64,000 bases of DNA from Octopus sinensis. Lineage: Eukaryota. Below the pieces are notes generated by a model. That model was not told the origin of the DNA. It did no database searches and saw only the letters and a program-made list of their open reading frames with translations. Position numbers and translations under genes: made by a program. This document shows, piece after piece, positions 52,077 through 64,000 of the stretch (positions are counted from its first letter, which is position 1; every line of letters begins with the position of its first letter). The stretch is taken from the NCBI RefSeq assembly GCF_006345805.1, contig NC_042999.1, forward strand, positions 35,216,001 to 35,280,000, in the 5' to 3' direction.

Positions 52077-54859
52077 GTGTGTTGTGTGGTGTGTGTGTTG
52101 TGTGTGTGTGTGGTGTGTGTGTGTGTGTGTGTGTGTTGTGTGTGTGTGCCTTTCCATGTATTAGTAGTCTCTCTCTCACTCCATCTATCAAGTCGTTTAT
52201 CTGTCCATTTCTAGACAACTTGTTTCAACATATCGTGTATCGTCAGTATAGAGTGTGAAACGATCATGATAATTTATCATATTATATTTTGATATTTTAA
52301 AAGATGAAAAACATTGATAAATATGGAATTGTTTGTACATCAAATCAGAAGGGGAGAAATTAAATAAATGAGAGATTGGAAATAAAGATGAAATGTACTT
52401 AATCCATTTTCTAAATCTCGTTGTAATTGGTCGACATTTATATATGAAAATGTTTATCTTAACCATCTTCTCTTCAGTATTCCTGTGTATATGTATGTGT
52501 AAAGGCGAACTAGGTACTGGTAGTTTTCACATTCTTGTTTGACCATTGTCTATATGTAGGATACGGTACGATCAACATCGCACGAATAAGTCGCTTGTGT
52601 CTCACAAGTCTCCTGTAATTAAAAAATTCTCTTTGTAAGGGAAAAAACTTTTTAACATATGAGAAGTGGTTTTTCTTCTTTCCTTTATACTACTACATAC
52701 ATACAACTCAATAATTAACAAACGACTTGTTTTTTTTTTTCATATCTTAATAATCTCACAAGTGAATAATAATTTCATATCTTAATAATCTCACAGAAGT
52801 ATTTCTTATCGATAACTCAGGCAAGACAAGTTCAGCTTCATTATTCGCTTGACATCGCTCCTATAGTACCCTACTGTTGAATGGTGGTTAACAAATGTTT
52901 TGATAAACATGTGCATATTCTAATCGCCTTTAGACACACATACATAAAGAATAACTGAACACAAAAGGTTGAAAAGGGCAAGTAACGACTAAAAATATTC
53001 ATATTTTCCAATGATTACCTACGGTGGTATATTCTAAAACTTGATGTAGAAGAATGAAGAATATTTTACAGTTTATTCAGAAGGGTGAAGCAATTCACTT
53101 GAACTTTGTATAATCTCTGGAACATGTGAGATTGATACAACTGATGTCGAGTTTCACCAGCTGTCTGTCCACATCTGTAGGGAAACAAGAAGCGAAAGAA
53201 ACTGCGGTGTAGTAACAGTAATACTATTGCATATGGAAGCATAACTATACCAGCAGCAGCAACAATCCAGGGAGTGCTATAGTAGTCGCAACATTTTAAA
53301 CGTTGGAGAGCACTACATACTCAGTTCTTTTGGAGACTGGGTGAGAATCAACAACTGACAACTGAAGAGTATTTTCTGGATCTGAAACGCTTCTGGAATG
53401 CTTCTTCAGTAATGTTATGTATGCAAAAATGCTGGGAAATAGCAGAAAATATAGTTAACATCTATAACATTTGAGTGGGTAGTAGTGTATTGTCAATGAC
53501 TTGAGAGAGGGAACTAGAATATTGATCTCTCGATATAAGGAAATACTGTCTTTCTACAGTTCAATAGACAATAGTGGAGAATATAGAAGTAAATGTGGGA
53601 TATAGAAGCACCAATCAATAGAAGACACAATAGGAAATAGCGTCTCAAAATATCACATTATTGTTGAACCACGACCCTCGTTCAAATGCTTTCATGCGGT
53701 TGGGCACCGTTAAAGCAACCAAGTACCTACACAGTGGTGTTAAACCAAGTGGCCTATTATTAGCGTAATGCCCCCAAAAATGGTTAGTTGTGTTTTGTTA
53801 TATGAAAGAGTTCGAGACAATGGAGTCGAAGAGAAGAAGCTACGGTGTAGGAATGAGACAATTAAAGATAGGACAACAGTTTCGAAACTAGTCTGAAGTT
53901 TACGAAATTAACGAGCGGTTGTGAGGAGAGGTGGGACGTTATGTGGTCCATTAAATCGTGTCCTCTCGGTGGTTTTGGAATATTAACAAAGTACAAATAT
54001 TTGAATGATTGTGAGTCTAATAAAGGTAAAAGATAACTCAGTATGCGGAGAGAAAATAGGGACGATTGAGAAGGTACAGTTACTTCAAAGAAGTTATTTC
54101 TATAGTTGGTATTTCTATTTCAGTAAAACAACTCAATGGGCGCTAACAACGCTAGTAGTAAAATACAAACTATAAACATATAAACATATAAACATATAAA
54201 CATATAATGAAAGAATGATTTTTAAAAATAGTAAAAAAATTATGTAAATATATGTTAAAAAATGGTAACAAAAAACTTGATTTGTAACAAACTAACGATA
54301 TGGCCGACCGACTACTTTCGACACCATTAGAATTCAGATACTCAAAAATAAATAACACAATCTTCAAATTCTAATTCTGTATTATGGTATTGGAGATTGA
54401 ACAGTGATAATTTATTTTTTATTGCTCTACCAAAGTTTGAAGCATGTTTTTGTTGACTGCAGCAACAGTAATTTAGCTAGGGCCTTTGAAGTATCACTTA
54501 AGAAAATAACATGTCTGATTGGTTATTTACCCTATAATTTTCATATCAATGTCTAGTGATGTCTTCAACATAACTACAGACTGTTAACTTTATTTTTGCA
54601 CTGAATCAGACTATCTGCCAAAGTTTTCTGCAACAGTGCTTTCGACTGGACCTATGTTATTTTATTCTTTTTTCTGCTTTCGGTCTTTGGAATTTCATAT
54701 TTTCGGTTTTTTTAGTGTGTGATTTCAGCTACATCACCTGTTTTGATGTATATTTATCGAGTCAGTTAAAGTTGAACACAAACACAGACACTGGCACAGA
54801 TATACACACATTCATGTGTGTATGTGTATGTGTGTGTGCGTGTGTGTGCGTGCGTGTGT

Positions 54860-54906
<47 letters not shown>

Positions 54907-55640
54907 TGTGTGTATGTGTTTGTGTGCATGAGTGTGTGTACGTGTGTAGCTTCATACGGTCAAAACTGATATACGTTTCGCTATGTTGCACCAGTGGTCT
55001 CTATTTCCTATTATCTTTTCTTTTGAACATCCTAAATTTCATGTGTGTCTCTATTAACATCAATGTAGCTGAGTGGTGGGGGGTCTTCGTTCTCTTAGGA
55101 AGCGAAAGTCTTCCAAAATATAACATCTAATATGACCTGTTGATAGGTAAAATATTGACTCTAATTTCAGTTTTAATCTTCTCATCACCAAATGCTCAGG
55201 CATCAGAGCGCTTACTGGTGGGAAGACTTAAAATAAAAAATAAAGTAAATTTAAGGGTTTTGCTACTTATTATGTGTTCCTAAATTGCTGTCATGTCGAA
55301 AGAAGCCCGTTGGCTATATTGTTAACTCGTTACAAATCAAGATTTATTCGTTTTATCATTTTTATGTTCGCATACATAAACTCAACTCGCTTCGCCATCC
55401 ACTCGCTTGTTTGCTAAACTTCGGGCTTGTTTCTAAGCATTACAACAATTTGAAATAACCCGCTTTCCTTGCTCGATTAAATGGAGCCGCTTGAAACGGC
55501 CGTAATGCACTAATACCTGGACATCCTTGTTACTTTTTTGCTTTTTAATTCACCTAACTTCGAGCTGTGCGGACAATACCGGACTGACTTGGTGCCTCAA
55601 CTTAAGTACCTAATTCAACTAAATCTTAATTTTATATATA

Positions 55641-55692
<52 letters not shown>

Positions 55693-55697
<5 letters not shown>

Positions 55698-56950
55698 AAT
55701 AAAAAATGGAGTCAACGCAGGTTTAAACAATATTTTTTTTCTTTCTACATATGTTTCAAAAATTCCACTGATACTTATTCAAAAGAATAAAAGGTATAAA
55801 CAATGCAATCTTCTCTTCGGGAAGTGAAAAAACGAAACTTGTCAATACGACATTTTAGCAAAAAATGATGGATTCGTATAGCGATAGACAGAACGCTATT
55901 AATATTGTTTAAAAAAACGTTATATGATATAACGTCATAAGTAGCTAACAGAAAGAGTAGGGATATTAATAGTGAATGTTAAATATAAAGGAAATTAAAG
56001 TCTAAACTATATATAATGATAGACTACTTATATGCACTAAAAGTATGCTTTTGCCAATGCTTACATCTGTATGCTCGTTCTATAACCGTGTTTACTAGAG
56101 TATTTTTAGAAAAATAATGAAAAATAGCTCAGATTGCAGAGAAGACAGAATTTCTTGCCTTTGTCATATGGTATCGAAATTGAGAGGATCAACCATTCCA
56201 AATGAATTGTTCATTGTGGTCTTTTAAATTCCAAATAGTACGGTCTCAGCAAACTGATTTGGAATTTAAAAGACCACAATGAACAATTTCATTTGGAATG
56301 GTTGATCCTCTCAATTTCGATACCATATGACAAAGGCAAGAAATTCTGTCTTCTCTGCAATTCTGAGCTATTTTTCATTATTTTTTCTAAAAATACTCTA
56401 GTAAACACGTTTAGAACGAGCATACAGATGTAAGCATTGGCAAAAGCATACTTTTAGTGCATATAAGTAGTCTCTATCATTATATATAGTTAGACTTTAA
56501 TTTCCTTTATATTTAACATTCACTATTAATATCCCTACTCTTTCTGTTAGCTACTTATGACGTTATATCATATAACGTTTTTTTAAACAATATTAATAGC
56601 GTTCTGTCTATCGCTATACGAATCCATCATTTTTTGGCTAAATGTCGTATTGACAAGTTTCGTTTTTTCACTTTCCCGAAGAGAAGATTGCATTGTTTTT
56701 ATACCTTTATTCTTTTGAATAAGTATCAGTGGAATTTTTGAAACATATGTAGAAAGAAAAAATACTTGTTTAAACCTGCGTTGACTCCATTGTTTATTCC
56801 TATTATTCAAATATTCAACGTAAACACGAAGTTTCAACCTTTATAAACAAGGAGTTACAACATCTTTACTTGTGAGATTTTGCTGCCCTGGTAACTATTC
56901 ATTCATTTATCCGTGTTAATTGTTAACAAGGTAAAATACACTCATCTATT
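55693..56950 (+). mobile_element. 5'-truncated Penelope-like element with ~545-bp inverted duplication (family F8)
   Basis: Arms ~55693-56236 and ~56257-56803; plus strand GLSKLIWNLKDHN..W.I..PY..FCLLCNSE..CKHWQK; flanked by (TA)n. Confidence 0.88.
56671..56756 (+). ncRNA. Type I hammerhead with extended stem II (F8)
   Basis: CTTTC-CCGAAGA-GAAGATT..AATTTTT-GAAAC-ATAT-GTA/GAAAG; mirror copy at 55741-55825. Confidence 0.7.
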
Positions 56951-56968
56951 TATATTATATAATATATA

Positions 56969-57011
<43 letters not shown>

Positions 57012-57034
57012 TATATAATATATAATAATAATAT

Positions 57035-57081
<47 letters not shown>

Positions 57082-57167
57082 ACGCATATATATATATATA
57101 CATATATATATATCTATCATATATATATACATATATATATATTATTATATATATATATAATATATAC

Positions 57168-57216
<49 letters not shown>

Positions 57217-57222
57217 TATATA

Positions 57223-57261
<39 letters not shown>

Positions 57262-57497
57262 TAAGGTAGAAATTGATATTTATCAATTAAGACCTGGTCT
57301 AGCATATTAAAAAAGAATCCGAAGATTAAAATATTTATATATACCAATTAAGGACTGAACACGAAAAGTGGACAGTCAACATGCTAGATATAGACGTCAA
57401 ATCGCCATTCACCACAAAATAGTATGTCTCTAGATCAAACTCAACACAAAACCATAGCAATAAACAAGTGAAAAATATACGAAATAAAATAATTAAC

Positions 57498-57563
57498 CCA
57501 TGTACTAAATTAGTTTCGGCTGTTATTTTCCGCAAGGAAAACTGCAGGCCATCATCAGCATGG
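57498..57563 (-). ncRNA. Type I hammerhead ribozyme (F9 copy 1)
   Basis: CCATG-CTGATGA-T-GGCCTG..CAGCC-GAAAC-TAATTTA-GTA/CATGG. Confidence 0.8.
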
Positions 57564-58003
57564 TCCGTTATAAATGTAATTTGATGGACTAGATGCAAAC
57601 ACGATACCGAAATATCGCGTGCATGGAGTTCAGCCTATTACATTAGAATATAGCTTTCAAATGCCTCTACTTTGGCGCGTTGGAACCCGGGAAAACTAGC
57701 CTGCAGCTAATAATTAGCAGCAGTTAATTTATCGGTTAGAGAACAATATTATTTATATAAAATTAATTAAGGGTAGAAATTGATATTTATCATTAAGACC
57801 AGTGGTCTAGCATATTAAAAAAATCCGAAGATTAAAATATTTATATATACCAATTAAGGACTGAACACGAAAAGTGGACAGTCAACATGCTAGATATAGA
57901 CGTCAAATCGCCATTCACCACAAAAGATTATGTTCTCAGATCAAACTCAACACAAAACCATAGGCAATAAACAAGTGAAAAATATACGAAATAAAATAAT
58001 TAC

Positions 58004-58067
58004 CCATGTACTAAATTAGTTCAGCTGTTATTTTCCGCAAGGAAAACTGCAGCCATCATCAGCATGG
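58004..58067 (-). ncRNA. Type I hammerhead ribozyme (F9 copy 2)
   Basis: CCATG-CTGATGA-T-GGCTG..CAGCT-GAAC-TAATTTA-GTA/CATGG; one A missing in GAAA, possibly a homopolymer error. Confidence 0.7.
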
Positions 58068-58614
58068 TCCGTTATAAATGTAATTTGATGGACTAGATGC
58101 AAACACGATACCGAAATATCGCGTGCATGGAGTTCAGCCTATTACATTAGAATATATCTTTCAAATGCCTCTACTTTGGCGCGTTGGAACCCGGGAAAAC
58201 TAGCCTGCAGCTAATAATTAGCAGCAGTTAATTATCGGTTAGAGAACATATTTATTTATATAAAATTAATTAAGGGTAGAAATTGATATTTATCAATTAA
58301 GACCAGTGGTCTAGCATATTAAAAAGAATCCGAAGATTAAAATATTATATATACAATTAAGGACTGAACACGAAAGTGGACAGTCACATGCTAGATATAG
58401 ACGTCAATCGCCATTCACCACAAAAGATTATGTTCTCAGATCAAACTCAACACAAAACCATAGCAATAACCAAGTGAAATATACGTCCTTGCGGAAATAA
58501 CAGCTGAACTAATTTAGTACATGGGTAATTATTTTATTTCGTATATTTTTCACTTGTTTATTGCTATGGTTTTGTGTGATTTTGATCTGAGAACATAATC
58601 TTTTGTGGTGAATG

Positions 58615-59034
58615 TCCCAAACTTTGGCATTCAAAGTTACTCCAACCGCAGAACAACGGGGCGCCGCTGCGTGGTGCCAAGGATTCCCCAACATCACCAT
58701 CAAAATACAGGTCCAGATACTGCAACAACTCTTGGGTTTCAGAGGACCACAGCTCTTTAACATCCTCCCTAAATGCCTGAGAGACTTACATGGTGTGGAT
58801 GTGGGTTCTTTAAACTAAACTGGATCTCTTCTTGTTGGGAGTCCCAGATGACCTACCTCACGACAGGAGACACGGATGCGGGCAGCAGCATCGAACCCCT
58901 TGTTGATCAAGTGCCACGTATCAGAGGTGGATTTCACAAACTAGTGTAGCTCATTCAGCGGTGGTGCCCCAGCATGGCCGCGCGCCTTCGGGCTAAACAT
59001 TTTTTTAAGGATTTAAGGATTTAAGGATTTAAGG

Positions 59035-59035
<1 letters not shown>
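58615..59035 (+). mobile_element. CR1/L2-group LINE 3' end
   Basis: FRGPQLFNILPKCLRDL..KLDLFLLGVPD C-terminus; 3' UTR stem-loop and (TTTAAGGA)n 8-bp tail. Confidence 0.85.
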
Positions 59036-59073
<38 letters not shown>

Positions 59074-59086
59074 ATTATAATATATA

Positions 59087-60352
59087 TTAAGGTATGTAGA
59101 AAAATACAACATGGACAGAACTATAACTCTTAGAAGACGATACAATAAACATGGACAGGACATTCGAACCCCTCAGTCTTCAGTCAAGAACCGGATCATC
59201 GTAGTAATTTCGGCTGATTAATCTTGAGATTACTAGATCACGGCCAGCCCTCCAAGAAAAACTAAGCAACGAGCATTAGAAACTAATCTGGAAGCGTAGA
59301 TTTCCTGGAAGGATCGAATGCATACGAAAACACCAGGACAGCAAAAGGGACAGATATAAAAAAAAAAAAAAAAAAACAATAAAGGAATACAGAACATGAA
59401 ATACAGAAGCATTAACGGTGAAAACAACAATGTCTTACGACTGATAACAAGCATACAATTTTTTCTGTGGCGCATTGGAAAAAGCCTTTATAGCGGCGGA
59501 CGAAAAACAACGATGTTAACACGACGAGGGTCAGGAGCTGAAAGGCAGATTTTCGGCCAACAGTCACGTGACAGAAAGAGGGAAAAGAAAAGAAAGAGAA
59601 GCAAAGGAAGAGGAGAGAGAGAAAAGGGGACAAACGCAACAAGAAGAGAGAAGAGAGAGAAGAAGGAATCAGAGAGGAGAAGGGATGGGTGTCGAAGAAT
59701 AGACCTGTGAGTGCAGAGCGAGACAAAGAAATAGAAGGGTAGTGGAAGACTAGAACCAAAGGATCAGATGAAAGAGAAGATGAAGAGAGAAAAGAGAGAG
59801 AGGGGTGGGGGGACAGATCAAGTAAAATGAGAGAGAGAGAGAGACAAACAAGAGTCGTACCAATTATTAAGAATATGGTTCACATAATGATAAGGGGTAC
59901 GGGGCGCCTGGAATATATGTTAAGGTATGTAGAAAAATACAACATGGACAGAACGTATAACTCTTAGAAGACGATACAATAAACATGGACAGGACATTCG
60001 AACCCCTCAGTCTTCAGTCAAGAACCGGATCATCGTAGTAATTTCGGCTATTAATCTTGAGATTACTAGATCACGGCCAGCCCTCCAAGAAAAACTAAGC
60101 ACGAGCATTAGAAAAACTAAGCTGAAGCGTAGATTTCCTGGGAAGGATCGAATGCATACGAACACCAGACAGCAAAAGGGACAGATATAAAAAAAAAAAA
60201 AAAAAAAAACAATAATGGAATACAGAAACATGATACGAAGCATTAACGGTGAAAACAACAAGTGTCTTACGACTGATAACAAGCAGACAAATTTTTTCTC
60301 TGCGCATTGGAAAAAGCCTCTATAGCGGAGCGTCGGACGAAAAACAACGATG
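59087..60352. repeat. Tandem duplication, ~833-bp period (1.5 units), pLTR-like
   Basis: 59087-59515 recurs at 59920-60352 with mainly indel differences. Confidence 0.85.
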
Positions 60353-60363
60353 TATATATATAT

Positions 60364-60600
60364 AGGCGAGCTGGCAGAAACGTTAGCACGCCGGGCGAAA
60401 CGCGTTGCCCGTATTTCGTCTGCCGTTACGTTCCGAGATCCAATTCCTCCGATTCCGCTCTCGACTTTGCTTTCATCCTTCCGGGGTCGAGAATTTAAGT
60501 ACCAGTTTACGCACTTGGGTCGATGTAATCGACTTAATCTTCCTTTTGTCTGTCCTTGTTTGTCTCCTCTGTGTTTAGCCCCTTGTGGGTAGTAAAGAAA
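60364..60600 (+). mobile_element. SINE family B, full length
   Basis: Same head, body and tail as 2326-2556. Confidence 0.88.
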
Positions 60601-60920
60601 TATATATATATATATGTTCTGTCAAACCAATAAGTAGATGGGAATCTCCAAAATATGTTTAATGTCAAAGAAATTCCCACATTCATACTATTTTATGGTT
60701 GGATTTCTTCAGGGTTCACAAAGAGCTAACTCCACTTAGGTGATCATTGTATCTTTTGAGGGAAGTGTGTAGTGTTAGCAGGTTAAAGTTAATAACAGTT
60801 TAGAGATTCTGTTTGATTGATAGGTTTTCAGTATTTGTGGATATACTATATAACATTTACAAAAAATATTATAATTCGTACAGATAAATAAATAGAAAAA
60901 AAAGAAAAGAGAAATATAAT

Positions 60921-61480
<560 letters not shown>

Positions 61481-61752
61481 AAAATAAAAAGAAAATAATA
61501 AAGCTAAATTCTATAGATTTTTCTAATTGTTTTTTTAGTGAGAGATACATATGTTGGTCATGATTCAGATGGGTAGAAATTTGAAAAAAAGCCATTGTAG
61601 TACTTGACCAGTATGGCTTACTTATCACCCTTATTGATTAGGGTATGTAGGTGCATATTTGAATGCAGTTGAGAGGTTAACGAGAATAGGATAGGAAATA
61701 CCAAGTATATAGCGGCTCGTAGGTATTTTAATTGAGTATATAATGTTCAGAA

Positions 61753-62141
61753 GTGGAGGCGCAATGGCCCAGTGGTTAGGGCAGCGGACTCGCGGTCATA
61801 GGTTCGCGGTTTCGATTCCCAGACCGGGCGTTGTGAGTGTTTATTGAGCGAAAACACCTAAAGCTCAACGAGGCTCCGGCAGGGATTGTGGTGATCCCTG
61901 CTGTTCTCTTTCACCACAACTTCTCTCTCACTCCTTACTTCTGTTTCTGTTGTACCTGTATTTCAAAGGGCCGGCCTTGTCACTTTCTGTGTCACGCTGA
62001 ATGTCCCCGAGAACTACGTAAGGGTACACGTGTCTGTGGAGTGCTCAGCCACTTACACGTTAATTTCACGAGCAGGCTGTTCCGTTGATTCGGATCAACC
62101 GGAACCCTCGTCGTCGTAACCGACGGAGTGCTTCCATCCAT
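61753..62141 (+). mobile_element. SINE family C, tail type 3, with target-site duplication
   Basis: A/B boxes; TSD ATGTTCAGAA at 61743-61752 and 62142-62151; ends CTTCCATCCAT. Confidence 0.9.
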
Positions 62142-62704
62142 ATGTTCAGAAAGTAAATAAATAGACATGCATATGAACACATGTATATATGTGTACATAG
62201 ATGCATGCGTACAGATTAACATAAACCAAAAATATAAACACACACATGCACATATATGAAAAAGTATATGCATGCGTATGGATATGGATACAGAAAAAAC
62301 ACACCTATATAGGTAGGGAAATGAACAAAATATAGCGAAAATGGGGTTTATAGGGAAAACAAAAATGGGGGGGGGGTTCTAATAGGTATTTAATTTATAG
62401 GTACATTATTAGGCTAAATAAAATACTAGATGCTTAAAAACCAAATTTGATTTGATATTTACAATACTAGGAAGACCTATGGAAAACAGAGTAACCAAAG
62501 ATAGGGGGAAAAGAAGAATACGGTTGTTAATAATCTATAAATTACTTATGTTTATGTTTGTTGTACACGGGTTTGATATAAATAAAATAGAAACAGACGT
62601 TATGTTAATAGCGCTAAACAGTAAGAGACTAGGATGAGAATATGTCGAGGTTCCCGTCAAGAAATTAGTTACTATAAGGAAGATATGTTTAGCAGGTGTG
62701 ATGT

Positions 62705-62804
62705 NNNNNNNNNNNNNNNNNNNNNNNNNNNNNNNNNNNNNNNNNNNNNNNNNNNNNNNNNNNNNNNNNNNNNNNNNNNNNNNNNNNNNNNNNNNNNNNN
62801 NNNN
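62705..62804. other. Scaffold gap (100 N)
   Basis: Direct reading. Confidence 1.
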
Positions 62805-63181
62805 GTTCACAAAGAGCTAACTCCACTTAGGTGATCATTGTATCTTTTGAGGGAAGTGTGTAGTGTTAGCAGGTTAAAGTTAATAACAGTTTAGAGATTC
62901 TGTTTGATTGATAGGTTTTCAGTATTTGTGGATATACTATATACATTTACAAAATATTATAATTAGTAAACAGATAAATAAATAGAAAAAAAAGAAAAGA
63001 GAAATATAATAGGCGTAGGAGTGGCATTGTCGTAAGTAGCTTGGTTACGAACCACATGGTTCCGAGTTCAGTCCTACTACGTTGCACCTTGGGCAAGTGT
63101 CTTCTACTATAGCCTCGGCTAGCCAAAGCCTTGTGAGTGGATTTGGTAGACGGAAACTGAAACAAAGCCCGTCGTATATAG

Positions 63182-63239
<58 letters not shown>

Positions 63240-63257
63240 GTGTGTGTGTTGTGTGTG

Positions 63258-63293
<36 letters not shown>

Positions 63294-64000
63294 ATGTATG
63301 TATGTATGTATGTATGTATGTTTGTATGTATGTATGTATGTATGTATGTGTGTGTGTGTGTATGTGTGTGTATGTCTATGTTTGTCCCCCGAACATCGCT
63401 TGACAACCGATGCTGGTGTGTTACGTCCCCGTAACTTAGCGGTTTGGCAAAAGAGACCGATAGAATAAGTACTAGGCTTACAAAGAATAAGTCCTGGGGT
63501 CTGATTTGCTCGACAAAAGGCGGCGCTCCAGCATGACCACAGCCAAATGACTAAAACAAGTAAAAGAGTAAAAGAATAAAAAAGAAAAATAAATAAAGCT
63601 AAATTCTATAGATGGTTCTAATTGGTTTAGTGAGAGATACATATGTTGTCATGATTCAGGATGGGTAGAAATTTGAAAAAAAAGCCATTGTAGTACTTGA
63701 CCAGTAGGGCTTACTTATCAACCCTTATTGATTAGGGTATGTAGGTGCATATTTGAATGCAGTTGAGAGGTTAACGAGAATAGGATAGGAAATACCAAGT
63801 ATATAGCGGCTCGTAGGTATTTTAATTGAGCATATAATGTTCAGAAGTGGAGGCGCAATGGCCCAGTGGTTAGGGCAGCGGACTCGCGGTCATAGGTTCG
63901 CGGTTTCGATTCCCAGACCGGGCGTTGTGAGTGTTTATTGAGCGAAAACACCTAAAGCTCAACGAGGCTCCGGCAGGGATTGTGGTGATCCCTGCTGTTC
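62805..64000 (+). repeat. Duplicate of ~60715-61905 (includes SINE A 63011-63578 and SINE C head from 63847)
   Basis: Colinear near-identity with mostly small indels, starting exactly at the gap. Confidence 0.92.

Larger units (their letters stand above)
57250..58614 (-). mobile_element. Tandem ~506-bp hammerhead-bearing array (2.45 units) with inverted partial copy (family F9)
   Basis: Units start ~57250, ~57755, ~58257; 58486-58614 is an inverted copy of part of the unit. Confidence 0.88.

Noticed and set aside
57250-58485. Regularly spaced repeats as a CRISPR-like array
   Set aside because: Whole ~506-bp units repeat with no unique spacers, and the context is eukaryotic

Overview
This is AT-rich eukaryotic intergenic or intronic DNA. 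The SINE families and repeat landscape look like an octopus (cephalopod) genome; that is an inference from recalled repeat consensus sequences, not a database hit. I cannot support any host protein-coding exon, tRNA, rRNA or CRISPR array, and most track ORFs are microsatellite read-throughs. The window holds three tRNA-derived SINE families, Tc1/mariner/maT/pogo relics, non-autonomous Helitrons, L1/Tx1, RTE and CR1-type LINE fragments, a (CCCTAA)n tract and a 100-N gap with duplicated flanks. The main signal is about ten sequence-unrelated repeat families carrying a minimal type I hammerhead ribozyme fold (C/U-U/C-G-A-N-G/A-A core, stem II, GAAA, palindromic stem III, GUH site, stem I). Most sit as divergent inverted repeats, several abut Penelope GIY-YIG endonuclease remnants, and two form tandem arrays of ~506-nt and ~362-nt monomers resembling retrozymes. 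All folds were made by eye and are untested.
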